A stretch of 64,000 bases of DNA, from the NCBI GenBank assembly GCA_963765765.1, contig CAVXYC010000028.1, positions 64,001 to 128,000 on the forward strand, given 5' to 3'. Made by a program: the position numbers and the translations under genes. The notes beneath the pieces are model-generated. The model searched no databases, had not been told where the DNA came from, and saw nothing but the letters and a program-made list of their open reading frames with translations. This document shows positions 1 through 10,700 of this stretch, one piece after another; within the stretch, counting starts at the first letter, position 1, and the number at the start of each line of letters is the position of its first letter. The DNA is from an uncultured Chloroflexia bacterium (GTDB lineage Bacteria; Chloroflexota; UBA6077; JACCZL01).

Positions 1-1
1 T

Positions 2-412
2 CCACGAGTCAGCGATTTGACCGCTCTAGTGACATCCACAGCCGGCAAAATCGAGCTCGACTCGGTCGGTGAGGGTACTGAAGAGAAGGTCATCGATAAG
101 CTGATCCAACGCGCGGTGCTCAATGTCTTCAATCGGCACATGAACGTGACTGAGATGCAGGAGCTCATCCAGAGCTTCGATCGCGGTCTGCACATCGAGG
201 TCGCCCCGGACATGCCGTCATTGGAGTACATGGCGCAGGCTTCCGAGGTTGCCGGGCTCTCGCCGGCAATGAGCCGACTGGGCGCCGCGGGGAACCCATC
301 GTCCGTCGCATCAGCCATGGAGTTTGTGCTGGAAGGCCTGCATTTGAGCAGGAAGCTAAACAAGGACCGGACGCAAGGCAGCGCCGCTGGGCGCTTCCGC
401 TACGGGAGCTAA
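2..412 (+). CDS. C-terminal part of AAA+ ATPase ('magnesium chelatase'-like, Rv0958-type), truncated by window start
   Basis: Frame open from the window edge; GKIELD...EFVLEGLHLSRKLNK C-terminus typical of this family; directly upstream of a VWA gene (common AAA+/VWA pairing). Confidence 0.7.
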   Translation, partial: PRVSDLTALVTSTAGKIELDSVGEGTEEKVIDKLIQRAVLNVFNRHMNVTEMQELIQSFDRGLHIEVAPDMPSLEYMAQASEVAGLSPAMSRLGAAGNPSSVASAMEFVLEGLHLSRKLNKDRTQGSAAGRFRYGS

Positions 413-415
413 CAC

Positions 416-2426
416 ATGCTTTTCCGCTACTCGCGGTGGGACGGAACGCAACAGCTCGCAGAGCTGGACGCTGACGACCTCATGGATGCCATGGCCGACG
501 ATCTGCTCGCCGATGGCGACATGGAGCGCGCAGTCCAACGCCTCTTCCGTTGGGGTACGCAAGATCGCGAAGGGCACCGAGTCGATGGCCTACGCGATCT
601 ACTCGAGCAGCTTCGCCAGCAGCGCAAGAATCAGCTCGAACGCCATGATATGGATTCGCTCATGCAGGACCTCCAGGAGCGGCTAGAGAAGGTCAAGCAA
701 ACTGAGCGCGAGGGCATCGAGAAGCGCGTTCAATCCGGTCGTGAAAAGACGCAACAAGACTCGGACAATAGTGCGCTTCAACAGATGCTGGAGAAGCTGG
801 CCGATCAGAAACGAGAGTTTCTCGATCGGCTGCCAGACAGTCCCGCCGGGTCAATCCGAGAGCTTCGCGACTATGACTTCATGGATCCCGACGCGCGTCA
901 GCAATTCCAGGAGCTGATGGACATGCTGCAGCAGCAAATGATGCAGCAACAGATCCAGGGTATGCAGCAATCGCTCCAATCTATGACCCCGGAACAGATG
1001 CAGGGCCTGCGCTCCATGATGCGCGACCTCAACGAGATGCTTCGAGAGAAGCTTGATGGTGGCGAGCCCGATTTTCAGAAGTTCCAGGAAAAGTGGGGCG
1101 ACGCTTTCCCAAACGCAAATTCACTTGACGAGCTCATTGAAGAGATGCAGCGTCGCAACGCGCAGCTTCAGTCGCTCCTGCAATCCATGTCGGCTGAGCA
1201 ACGTCGCGAGCTCGAAGACATGATGCAGTCGCTCATGCAGGATCCTGGGCTCCAGCATGAGATGTCTGAGCTGGCTATGAACCTCGAGCTGCTATCTCCC
1301 AATCAGCGGTCAAGTCAGGGCTATCCATTCTCCGGCGATGAGCCGGTGACCCTTGAAGAAGCCATGCAGCTCATGCAGGAACTGCAGAAGATGGATGAGC
1401 TGGAACGTGAGCTACGGCGCGCCGAGGAGTCGGCGCAAGTCGATAAGGTCGACGCTGAGCGCGTTCAGGAGCTGCTGGGAGATGAAGCCGCGGAGACGCT
1501 CAGGCAGCTCCAGCAGATCACCAAGGTGCTTCAGGAAGCCGGCTGACCTCGAGCAAGAAGGGGATGAGCTTACGCTGACTCCGCGAGCTATTCGGCGCAT
1601 CGGTCAAAAGGCGCTAAAGGATATTTTCGCCACTCTGCGTCACAATCGATTCGGCAACCACGAAACTGATTTCCGAGGTGCTGGAACCGACCGCGTGGAC
1701 GAGACAAAGGTCTACGAGTTTGGCGATCCGTTCCTCGTCGATATTCGACAAACACTCATGAACGCGGTCCAGCACAACGGACCGATGGTCCCGCAGCGAC
1801 TCGATCCGCGCGACTTTGAGGTTTACCGGACGGAGCATCTGACGGAGTGCTCCACGGTCCTTATGGTGGACATGAGTCGATCAATGATTCTGCGCGGATG
1901 CTTCCTTGCAGCAAAGAAGGTGGCTCTTGCACTAAACAGCCTCATCAAGGGCCAGTATCCTCGCGACAACCTGTACATCATTGGTTTTTCTCTGTTTGCC
2001 AAGGAGCTCAAGGCTGAATCGCTACCCACGCTCACCTGGAACGAGTGGGTCTATGGCACAAACATGCAGCATGGGTTCATGCTGGCCCGCCAGCTTCTTT
2101 CGCGACACAAGGGTGGCAATCGTCAGGTGATCATGATTACCGACGGGGAGCCCACAGCTCACTTTGAGCCCGGTCAAACCTACCCCGAGTTCGCCTACCC
2201 GCCGACCTATCGCACGATTCAGGAGACCCTTCGGGAAGTTGCCCGCTGTACTCGAGACAAGGTCACCATTAATACGTTTATGCTCGAGCGTAGTCACATG
2301 TTGATGAGCTTCGTTGAGCAGATGACGCAGATCAATCAAGGACGAGCCTTCTATGCGGCCCCCGAACGGCTCGGCGAGTACATTCTGGTGGATTACGTCA
2401 AACAAAAGCGCAAAGTTGTGGCCTGA
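416..2426 (+). CDS. VWA domain-containing protein (Rv0959-like), split by one indel near 1545
   Basis: FRYSRWDGTQ N-terminus, coiled-coil middle, MIDAS motif DMSRS and ITDGEPTAH in the second frame; removing one G in ggctgacctc gives EAGYLEQEG and joins ORFs 416..1546 and 1353..2426. Confidence 0.85.
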
Positions 2427-2519
2427 CCAACGCCGGCCTCGCTGTGCCGAATTCGTTATCCCCATGCTCTTGCGTCAGGTTCGGGGAACAGCTAAGCTTC
2501 GGCGGCGGGTGGAGATATA

Positions 2520-2747
2520 GTGACGGAGACGATGATGCCGCTCGGAAATCGTGGTGCAACGTGGCAGTCATCGCCGTCAACTTTGCAGCGCGAAGCCCAG
2601 ACCGCGGTGGCAATAGCGTCCGCGGTGGCTGTGGCGGCGCTGGCCATGGGCGTTAGTCACGTCGTCGCTCGATTGCGAGAGCGCAGACGAAGTCACAGCA
2701 TCTCTAATCAGCTACTCTCCCAGGTGTTTCCGAGCGGATTGAAGTAG
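2520..2747 (+). CDS. Small hypothetical membrane protein
   Basis: GGAG upstream; hydrophobic AVAIASAVAVAALAMGV followed by basic RLRERRR. Confidence 0.4.
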   Translation: MTETMMPLGNRGATWQSSPSTLQREAQTAVAIASAVAVAALAMGVSHVVARLRERRRSHSISNQLLSQVFPSGLK

Positions 2748-2816
2748 CGATCTGTTCCCCGGGCAGCCGACACATTGTGGTCTGGCACCAGATTCCCGGT
2801 TAAGATTCAACGCAGC

Positions 2817-3533
2817 ATGTACCGTCGCGCCCTCCCACCCGCGTTTCTTGTGGTCATTTCCTTGCTCTTTCTGGCGTGCCAGAATACGCCGCCGTCAGCT
2901 CCCACTGTGCAGGCTCCCCCCGCGGCGGCATCTCCGGTGCGTAGTCCTACGGCAGTGGCGCAGCCACCCGCGTCACCCACACAGCGGCCGATGGCATCAG
3001 GCGGCGGCACGGGACGCGATCTAGGATCTCCCGTAGCGGTCAGTGGGGGGGCCGCGGCCACAGTCGCCATTCCAAAGCCAGCCATTACGCTCGTCCCCCG
3101 CGAGCCCCCGCCGCCCTTTGTGGCGCCCGCCGATACGCCCTCTGCAGGGAATGCAAATCCAATTGGACCGTACCTCACGCCCCTTCCGAAGCCCGGTGGG
3201 CAGGGTGGCGCAGCTGGCGGAGCAGCCACTGGCGGCGCCGCAGGTGGCGCAGCGGGCGGCGCGGGTGCAACGGGCGGTGCCGGCGCAGCTGGTGGTGCCG
3301 GCGGTGCGGGCGCAGCTGGCGGAGCAGCAGCTGGTGGCGCGGGTGGAGCAGCAGGCGGTGGCGCAGGCGGAGCAGCAGCTGGCGCCGGAGCGGGTGGCGC
3401 GGGCGGAAACATCTCCGTGGCAACGGTTGGACCTGCCACACAGCTTCAACCGTTACCTGATGTCCCGTTCCCACCCACACCAACAGTGCTGCGCATAGAT
3501 CCCAACGCTGGAAACGCTGCTACAAAACGTTAG
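2817..3533 (+). CDS. Pro/Gly/Ala-rich putative lipoprotein
   Basis: MYRR + hydrophobic stretch + LFLA-C lipobox; Pro-rich and GGA-repeat low-complexity body. Confidence 0.65.
   Translation: MYRRALPPAFLVVISLLFLACQNTPPSAPTVQAPPAAASPVRSPTAVAQPPASPTQRPMASGGGTGRDLGSPVAVSGGAAATVAIPKPAITLVPREPPPPFVAPADTPSAGNANPIGPYLTPLPKPGGQGGAAGGAATGGAAGGAAGGAGATGGAGAAGGAGGAGAAGGAAAGGAGGAAGGGAGGAAAGAGAGGAGGNISVATVGPATQLQPLPDVPFPPTPTVLRIDPNAGNAATKR
3200..3408 (+). repeat. Imperfect Gly-Gly-Ala coding repeat
   Basis: Recurring GGCGCAGCTGG/GGTGGCGC units encoding GGAAGGAA... Confidence 0.8.
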
Positions 3534-3569
3534 CGACTCGGCGGCACCACAATCACCGCGGCGCTCGAT

Positions 3570-3992
3570 TTAAAGGAAGGGGTTGTAGCCGTCCCGCACA
3601 GCTACTGAAACTGCCACCGTGGACGGGCACTCAGCCCCGTGCTCCGCGCAACCGGTGGAGACCGTGAGCTGGTGGAAAACTGAGCGCGTCATCGGCGTCC
3701 AACGCCGATACTCAACAACCGTAGCGTCAGAACTTGGTCGCGGCACAAACGAGTAGCGTGAGCGCGGTGGATAGATGATCCAGCTCGCAGTGTGCTTCTC
3801 GTCAAAGTAGATGCACTCGTTGTCGGTACGTCGAGCAACCTGAAGATCCTCCATAAGCGGCCGATACTGCGGATGATCGGCCACAGTGACGTCCGGCGCC
3901 TTGGGATCGCGCGACTTGCGCAGAACATCCGGTCCCAGGACCAGCGGTTGTTCGGTCTCCGACGCGGAGCTCGGTCGTTCCGACTTCATCAT
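3570..3992 (-). CDS. Hypothetical protein with C-x2-H-x3-C motif
   Basis: ATGA overlap with the upstream MBL gene; CAEHGAEC near the C-terminus. Confidence 0.6.
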   Translation of the reverse strand: MMKSERPSSASETEQPLVLGPDVLRKSRDPKAPDVTVADHPQYRPLMEDLQVARRTDNECIYFDEKHTASWIIYPPRSRYSFVPRPSSDATVVEYRRWTPMTRSVFHQLTVSTGCAEHGAECPSTVAVSVAVRDGYNPFL

Positions 3993-5005
3993 GCAGACCC
4001 GCCGTAAACTATTCTGCCTGCGAGTGCCTGCCGATTGATAACACCTCGGCCTCGGAGCACCTCCAGATGCGCGAGCGTTTCCCCCAGCGCTAATCGACGA
4101 TGGTGCGGGCTGAGTCTATCCAGAGTGATGTCGCGGCGTGTCCAACGAACGCGATTTGCGATCTCAAAGGCGGTTGCCGGCTCCCTGAGCTCCCGTGCGC
4201 CTATCGCCAACTGGATTTCGTGCAGACGATGCTCGTGGTGTTCGAGTAGCTCGTCGATCCGACTCGTCACGTTGGATGATGCCGAACCATGTCCTGGGAG
4301 CATCGTGGCGGCGGGGAGCTCCCGCACCAGCTTCAACGAATCAATAAAGTCAGCGAGAGGGCTGCCCATCCCATTCGATTGGAGCGAAACATTCGGACTG
4401 ATACTGGGCAGCAAGTGGTCGCCAGTGAACAGCAGACCATTCACCTCTTCAAAGAAGCATAAATGGCCGGGGGTGTGCCCAGGAGTCCACACCGCGCGCA
4501 GTCGGTGGCGTCCGTTCTCGAAAACCTCATCTCCGACAAGCTCGAAATCCGGTTTGGGCGCCTTAAACCTCTGCAGTACAGCCTGGACGCTCGGCGAACG
4601 GGGGAATTGCTCACTGGTGGGCCAGCCATTCATACGATCCCAGGCGAACATCTGCTGCTCCCACTCCTCAAACCTCAGGAAGCGCGGCTGCATGAATTGA
4701 GACTCGAGGAGATGGTAGGCGAGCTTCGCATGACCGCGCTCCTGAGTAAGCCCGATGAGGCCGAAGTGATCAGGATGCAGATGCGTGACCAGCACCAGAT
4801 CGATCACGGACCAATTTGCTCCGCGCGTTGCGAGATGATCCTCGAGCAACCGCAATGCTTCGTTAGCGTCCCACCCCGTGTCCACGAGAATCCAGCCATC
4901 CGGGCCATCAAGCACGTAGGCATTCACAGTCATGCGAGGCTCGTTTGGGAATGGTGAGGTGAGGGCGACGATCCCGGGTGCAACTTCAACTGTCATGGCA
5001 CTCAA
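3989..5005 (-). CDS. MBL-fold metallo-hydrolase
   Basis: THLHPDH, TPGHTPGH, TGDH and PGHG motifs; C-terminal wHTH-like ETLAHLE. Confidence 0.9.
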   Translation of the reverse strand: MSAMTVEVAPGIVALTSPFPNEPRMTVNAYVLDGPDGWILVDTGWDANEALRLLEDHLATRGANWSVIDLVLVTHLHPDHFGLIGLTQERGHAKLAYHLLESQFMQPRFLRFEEWEQQMFAWDRMNGWPTSEQFPRSPSVQAVLQRFKAPKPDFELVGDEVFENGRHRLRAVWTPGHTPGHLCFFEEVNGLLFTGDHLLPSISPNVSLQSNGMGSPLADFIDSLKLVRELPAATMLPGHGSASSNVTSRIDELLEHHEHRLHEIQLAIGARELREPATAFEIANRVRWTRRDITLDRLSPHHRRLALGETLAHLEVLRGRGVINRQALAGRIVYGGSA

Positions 5006-5168
5006 TGGTAGCGGACCCGGAGAATCCCGAACGGTTCGACTCGCGACTACGAGACGATTGCTAGCTGCACACGCCCATTGCGGCAGACTTGCGATGCCTA
5101 ATTGCTAATTCGCCTCGGCACAGATCCTGCACCGCCACACGGGCTGGCGCTGAAAGGCGCCTGTGAGT

Positions 5169-5204
5169 TACAAAGCGCCAGGGATGGATACAAAGCGCCA
5201 GGGA
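5169..5204 (+). repeat. Perfect 16-bp direct repeat TACAAAGCGCCAGGGA x2 (20-bp period)
   Basis: Copies at 5169-5184 and 5189-5204, ending 10 bp before the ATG at 5215. Confidence 0.9.
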
Positions 5205-5214
5205 ACTTGTACAT

Positions 5215-5592
5215 ATGTCGACCGTGCTCATTGTCGAAGACGATCAGGAGATCCGCGAGCTCATTGGTGATGTGCTAATGCTCGAGGGATTTACCGTTCA
5301 TTCGATGGCGCGGTTGCCGCATGGCTTGGACCGCATCCGAAACATCGAGCCGGACGTTATTGTGCTCGATCTCGGCCTGCCAGGCATCGGTGGCATCGAG
5401 CTCATGAGGATCATCAAAGAGGATCCGAAACTGGGCTCGATCCCAATCGTTATCTGTAGCGGTGCCGTCGACACCATTCAAGCTCACCGCCAGGAGTTCG
5501 AGGATTTCGGAATACCGGTAGTCCGAAAACCGTTTCACCTCGAGCAGCTTTTGGAAGCGGTGAGAAACCCCGTTCGCACAGCAAGCGACTGA
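5215..5592 (+). CDS. Single-domain response regulator (CheY-like receiver)
   Basis: VLIVEDD, LDLGLP, KPF motifs; 125 aa. Confidence 0.9.
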   Translation: MSTVLIVEDDQEIRELIGDVLMLEGFTVHSMARLPHGLDRIRNIEPDVIVLDLGLPGIGGIELMRIIKEDPKLGSIPIVICSGAVDTIQAHRQEFEDFGIPVVRKPFHLEQLLEAVRNPVRTASD

Positions 5593-5647
5593 ATCGGTTC
5601 TGATAATGCCCAACTCCGGCACACCTCTGGTGGCGTGCGCGACAGGA

Positions 5648-6949
5648 ATGTCGCGTACCCTTTTCTGGCGCGCCTTTCTCTCCTTCATTACTGTAATCGC
5701 GGTCACGCTTATGAGCGGGCCCCCGGCGAGTGGACTGGCCGCGGAAGATTCATTTCCTTACTGGGTTAAAACGATTCGAGAAGCACGTCTGTGGGACGGT
5801 GCCGACGCAAAAGCCAAGTCTCGCGTCTCGATTCCCGCGGAATCTTACTTTGCGGTTACAGGCCCTGTTAGCAAGGGTAGACTGCCCGTTGTGGAGCTCA
5901 CAACTCAGCGAAACGGCTTCTTGAATGCGGACGACGTGGAGCGTGGAGCCCCACCGCCTGAACCAGCGAGCGTTGTCGCACCGACCACTGCGTCGCCAGA
6001 TCTGTCGTCGCCTCCGGCTCCCTCGGCGTCACCTGTCGCATCTCCAGTCCCCGCGACATCCGGATCGGCTCCCGCGTCTGCGTCATCTGCGCCACTCTGG
6101 GTATCAAACCATTCGCCCGCGCCACTATGGACCGGTAGCGGCGACAAGGCATTGCCGCTAGGCGTCGCCGAGCCCGGTCACTGGTTCAAGGTTGTGGAGC
6201 CTCAGCGCGGCCCGCGACTACGGGTCGTGGAGCGCTTGGCTGACAAAGAGATGTACGTTGATGCGTCAGCCGTCGGCCCGGTCGGGGAGCCCAGCGGGCC
6301 CTCGGTACTGGGCAAATGGTGGGGCAAAGTTGGACTTGACGGAATAAACGTCCGCTCCGCGCCAGATACACGGAGCACTGTAATCGGTCAGCTCACGGCC
6401 GGCACTCCGGTAGCTGTCGATGCCTGGGTTGAAGGAACAGACGTCTTTGGCGATCAGCCAGGTTGGGCTAAGCTCGGAAATGACGCCTACATTTATGGGC
6501 CACTGCTTCGTCGAATCGACCTGGGGGCGCCGCCTCCGCCGGCCAAGGCGCCCACACAGGGCAAATGGATCGACGTGAACATCACCCTTCAAGTTATGAC
6601 GGCGTATGAAGGTACGGTACCGGTGTACTGGACCGTGACGTCGGGGGGACGTCCTGGATGGGAGACCGCGGTCGGGAATCATCGAATCCTCTATCGAAGA
6701 GAAGTGGAAACTATGGAAAGCAATCGATTGCTTTCCGTTGATGCGGCGCGCGCGAGCTATCGGGTGGAAAATGTGAAATACACGCAGTACTTCACGAACG
6801 ACGGACAGGCAATTCACGAGAATTACTGGCGTGATCCGGAGCTTTTTGGGATACCCTCCAGTCACGGATGCCTGGGCCTCGCACTGGATGACGCGAAATG
6901 GTTTTGGGATTGGGGTCAGAACGGAATACCAGTAATCGTGCACGTCTGA
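5648..6949 (+). CDS. L,D-transpeptidase (YkuD) with N-terminal signal and SH3-like domains
   Basis: AIH...SHGCLGL catalytic motif; WIDVNITLQVMTAYEG; INVRSAP SH3b-like segment; start at ATG 5648 inferred. Confidence 0.88.
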   Translation: MSRTLFWRAFLSFITVIAVTLMSGPPASGLAAEDSFPYWVKTIREARLWDGADAKAKSRVSIPAESYFAVTGPVSKGRLPVVELTTQRNGFLNADDVERGAPPPEPASVVAPTTASPDLSSPPAPSASPVASPVPATSGSAPASASSAPLWVSNHSPAPLWTGSGDKALPLGVAEPGHWFKVVEPQRGPRLRVVERLADKEMYVDASAVGPVGEPSGPSVLGKWWGKVGLDGINVRSAPDTRSTVIGQLTAGTPVAVDAWVEGTDVFGDQPGWAKLGNDAYIYGPLLRRIDLGAPPPPAKAPTQGKWIDVNITLQVMTAYEGTVPVYWTVTSGGRPGWETAVGNHRILYRREVETMESNRLLSVDAARASYRVENVKYTQYFTNDGQAIHENYWRDPELFGIPSSHGCLGLALDDAKWFWDWGQNGIPVIVHV

Positions 6950-7032
6950 TCGATGTCGTGGCATAAAATCCTTTGCATAAAGTTGATCCGGCCTTAATAT
7001 TGTTCTCGTAGTATCTTCACGGGAGCGAGCGC

Positions 7033-7731
7033 ATGCCAAAGAGACGTGTGTTGGTCGTGGACGACGACGAGAACATCGTCAGACTCGTTACGATGTATCT
7101 CGAGAAGGATGGGTACCGGGTCGACGCCACATTCGACGGTCGGGATGCGCTAACTCAGTTCCGTCGCACCAAGCCCGACATCGTCGTTCTTGACCTCATG
7201 CTTCCGGAGATTGACGGACTCAGCGTATGTCGCACAATTCGCGAGCAGTCGGACGTGCCAATCATCATGCTCACCGCTCGCACCACGGAAGGCGATAAGC
7301 TCATAGGCTTGGATCAGGGCGCGGATGACTACGTCACGAAGCCGTTTAGTCCCCGTGAGCTACTGGCGAGGATTCGGGCTGTACTACGCAGAGTTCCCGG
7401 TGAAGAGTCGCCCGGCCCAGTAGAGCTTCGACACGGCGATCTTGTGCTCAACCTGCGGGAACACGTCGCATACGTTCGAGGCGACCAAATCCCGCTGACA
7501 CCAACCGAATTTAGTCTTCTTCAGTCCATGCTGCAATCGCCGGGTCAGGCATTCACTCGCGGTCAACTCATCGAAAGCGCCTTCGGGCACGACTTCGATG
7601 GATTCGAGCGCAACGTCGACGTCCACATCAACAGTCTTCGGAAGAAAATAGAGCCGCTCCCCGGGGAGCCAAGCTACATCAAAACCGTCTACGGTGTCGG
7701 TTACAAGCTTGATGCCCGGGTCCATGCATAA
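7033..7731 (+). CDS. OmpR/PhoB-family response regulator
   Basis: Receiver (VVDDD, LDLMLP, KPFS) plus wHTH (ERNVDVHINSLRKK, TVYGVGYK). Confidence 0.95.
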   Translation: MPKRRVLVVDDDENIVRLVTMYLEKDGYRVDATFDGRDALTQFRRTKPDIVVLDLMLPEIDGLSVCRTIREQSDVPIIMLTARTTEGDKLIGLDQGADDYVTKPFSPRELLARIRAVLRRVPGEESPGPVELRHGDLVLNLREHVAYVRGDQIPLTPTEFSLLQSMLQSPGQAFTRGQLIESAFGHDFDGFERNVDVHINSLRKKIEPLPGEPSYIKTVYGVGYKLDARVHA

Positions 7732-10700
7732 GCAGCTCTGGTTCCGACTACTCCTTGGCTCGTCGTTCATTCTCAGTGTTGCCCTGGCCACCGCGGGGCT
7801 GGTGCTCCATCAATCGACGACATCAAGTTTTGAGGATTATGTCGAGGACGTATCGGCTGCGCGGTCGCAGCGAATTGAAGCACTGCTGAGTCGCTACTAC
7901 AGTCGTCGTCAAGATTGGAACGGAGTCGATCCTCTCGTTGCACAGATTGCGGACCTCGTGGGTCAGCCGGTGGTCCTCGCCGACTCGCGCGACGTCATCA
8001 TCGTCGACAGTCAAAGTCAGCTAAATGGCCAGCGCGTTCGCGAAAACTGGCGCCATCAGGTAGTCCCTATCCGCTCGGGGGACGTCGCGGTCGGCACTCT
8101 CTATATCGATCCTCTGCACGCACCCAGCAAGCTTGGTGCCCGCGGCGACGCGTTCGTCTCCGAGCTAAGCGCATCACTCCTCTCCGCCCTTGGAGTTGGC
8201 CTTCTCGCCGCACTGGCGGTCAGCCTTTTAGTTGCGCGCCATCTTGCTCTTCCACTGGAAACACTTACCGGCGCGGTTCGGCGCCTCGAAGCGGGCGAGC
8301 GCAGCTCACACATGGATGCGAGCATGGGAGGTGAAGTCGGAGCCCTCGCTGTCGCGTTCAATTCACTCGTCGATTCACTTGGGCGCGTTGAGCGATTACG
8401 CTCCAACATGGTTAACGATATCGCGCACGAGCTTCGAACGCCGCTCACCACGATCCGTGGCTACGTCGAGGCTTTCCAGGATGGAGTCGCGGAGCCCACA
8501 CCGGAGATCCTTGATCTCCTCTTCGGCGAGCTCATGCAGCTCACGCGTCTCATCGATGACCTACGTGATATTGCGCTTGCAGAAGCGGGTCAGCTCCATC
8601 TTTCACCAGAACTCACATCTGTCGAGGCGCTCATCAGACACGACGTTCGCGCTGTCGCAGTGGCTGCGGCAGAACAAGAGCTGAGGGTTAGCACAAGCAT
8701 TCCTTCAGATATTCCAAGCATCTGGGTAGACGCAGGGAGATTCAGCCAGGCGCTTCGCAATCTTCTCAATAACGCGGTTGCTCATACACCTCGCGGCGGA
8801 CATGTCTCAGTGATCGCGGAGCACGACGGCAATGACGTAGTGATTCATGTCCAAGATACGGGGCCCGGCATTCCGGCTGAGGATCTCCCACACGTGTTCG
8901 AGCGTTTCTATCGAGGCGATCGATCCCGCTCCAGGCGTGCTGGCGGGAACGGACTAGGACTGACTATCACGCGTGAGCTTGTCTCAGCCCACCATGGCAC
9001 GCTGAGTGTCGCGAGTGAGCCCGGAAAAGGGGCTCGCTTCACTATCCGCCTGCCCATTCGACCACCCGTGACGGTAGAGCCTGCATCCGTCGATGCGCCT
9101 GTCGGAGCGCGCGTCGCGACTGGTTGGCGGCGTGCTACGAACACCGCGCGCTTGGTGTTCTACGCACTCATGTGCGGGGGACTTGCGGGCATGGTGGGTG
9201 GCATGGCTGAATCCCTGCTCGTCGCGATCGCGACGCGTCGGCCCTTGGACACCCTGGGATTGGCGTCTTACGCAATAGTCATCGATGCGATAGTAATTGG
9301 CGGTGTCTGCGCAATGCTGGCGCTCATCTATGGGCTCGTCGCGAGCGGCTTGGGCCACGTGCCACGATTTCGCGATCTCGCACCCGTTATTGGCGCCACC
9401 GGGATTCTCGCCGTTGGTTCCGTCCTTGCGCTTAAGTGGACCCAGCTTACTGCTCGTGATGCGACAATTCCAAATGCGATCACCGGGCAACTTCTCATCG
9501 TGGTCGGAACACTTCTGGTAGCCGTTGTAACGTTCGCCGCACTCTCGACATCTGCACGTTGGCCTCATCGGCCAGTGCTAGTGACTCGACGAGCGGTCCC
9601 TGCTCTCGCAATGACGATCGGATTGATAGCCCTGTTCGGGATCATGCGTGATCTCGCCGATCGGGGTTTCGAGACCCCAATGGCTGTCATGCAAGTGCTT
9701 CGCGACGCCACAACTCGTGAAAGCACTACAGACACAGGCACGGGTGCCACTGCCGCGGTGGCGAGCAACCTGCAGGCGGGTGTGCGCCCCAACGTACTAC
9801 TTGTGAGCGTGGACGCCCTTCGCGCCGATCACCTCGGTGCATATGGCTATAGCGCCGGCAAAACACCAGCGATGGACAGCCTCGCTCGCGAAGGCTGGAT
9901 GAGCGAGCTTGCCATCACTCCGCGTGCCGGCAGCTCCGCCTCTCACGCATCAATCATGACCGGCACCAGCCCGGAAAGGCACGGCATCAGGTCAGACTTG
10001 CTCGACACGCTCGCTCATGACGTTCCGACGCTCGCCGAGATCATGCACGCAAACGGCTATACAACCACCGGGCTCTATAGCTGGTTCAACTTTGAGCCGT
10101 CATACTCCGGGCTTGACCGCGGCTTCCAAACCTATGAGGACTACACGATCAACCTACCTCGGTACCTCGCCGACTCTCGAACTCAAGCGCTGGCGGCCAC
10201 TTACCGGCGACTGAAATCATATCTTGCCCTGCCAGGTGCTGCCGATTTCGACCTCTCGCAACTGGACGGAAGCGAGGGCAATTTGGACGGCAAAGCTGAC
10301 ATTACAGCCTCGGCGGCAGCCCGATGGCTCGAGCGCAGGCGCACCGATCCGTTTTTCCTGTGGGTGCATTTCAGAGATCCGCAATCACCGTATTCGGCGC
10401 CTCTTTCATCAGCTGAAGGAACAGATTGCGCTGACTGCCATGAGCGTTCGCTGGAGGTCTTGCAGCGAATTCGTGAAGGCGCGATAGACCTTTCGGCGCC
10501 CGAGATTAATCGCGTCGTCGGCTCTTATGACGATGAAGTGAGCTTCGTTGACAGGCAGCTCAACGTGATTTTGCAACAGCTCACGCAGCTTGGTTTAGAC
10601 TCGAGTACGGTGGTCATCGTTGTGGGGTCCTACGGTCAAAGCTTTGGCGATCACGGCGCCTGGCTGGAAGGATCAACCGTCTACAATTCAGAGATTCATG

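Noticed and set aside
1540-1550. Stop-codon readthrough or programmed frameshift in the VWA gene
   Set aside because: Deleting one base restores EAGYLE, there is no slippery sequence, and similar indels occur across the window
2807-3439. Pro/Ala-rich 210-aa ORF on the minus strand
   Set aside because: Antisense shadow of the Gly/Ala repeat; the plus-strand ORF has a lipoprotein signal
5169-5204. Mini CRISPR array
   Set aside because: Only two 16-bp units with a 4-bp gap, and no cas genes in the window
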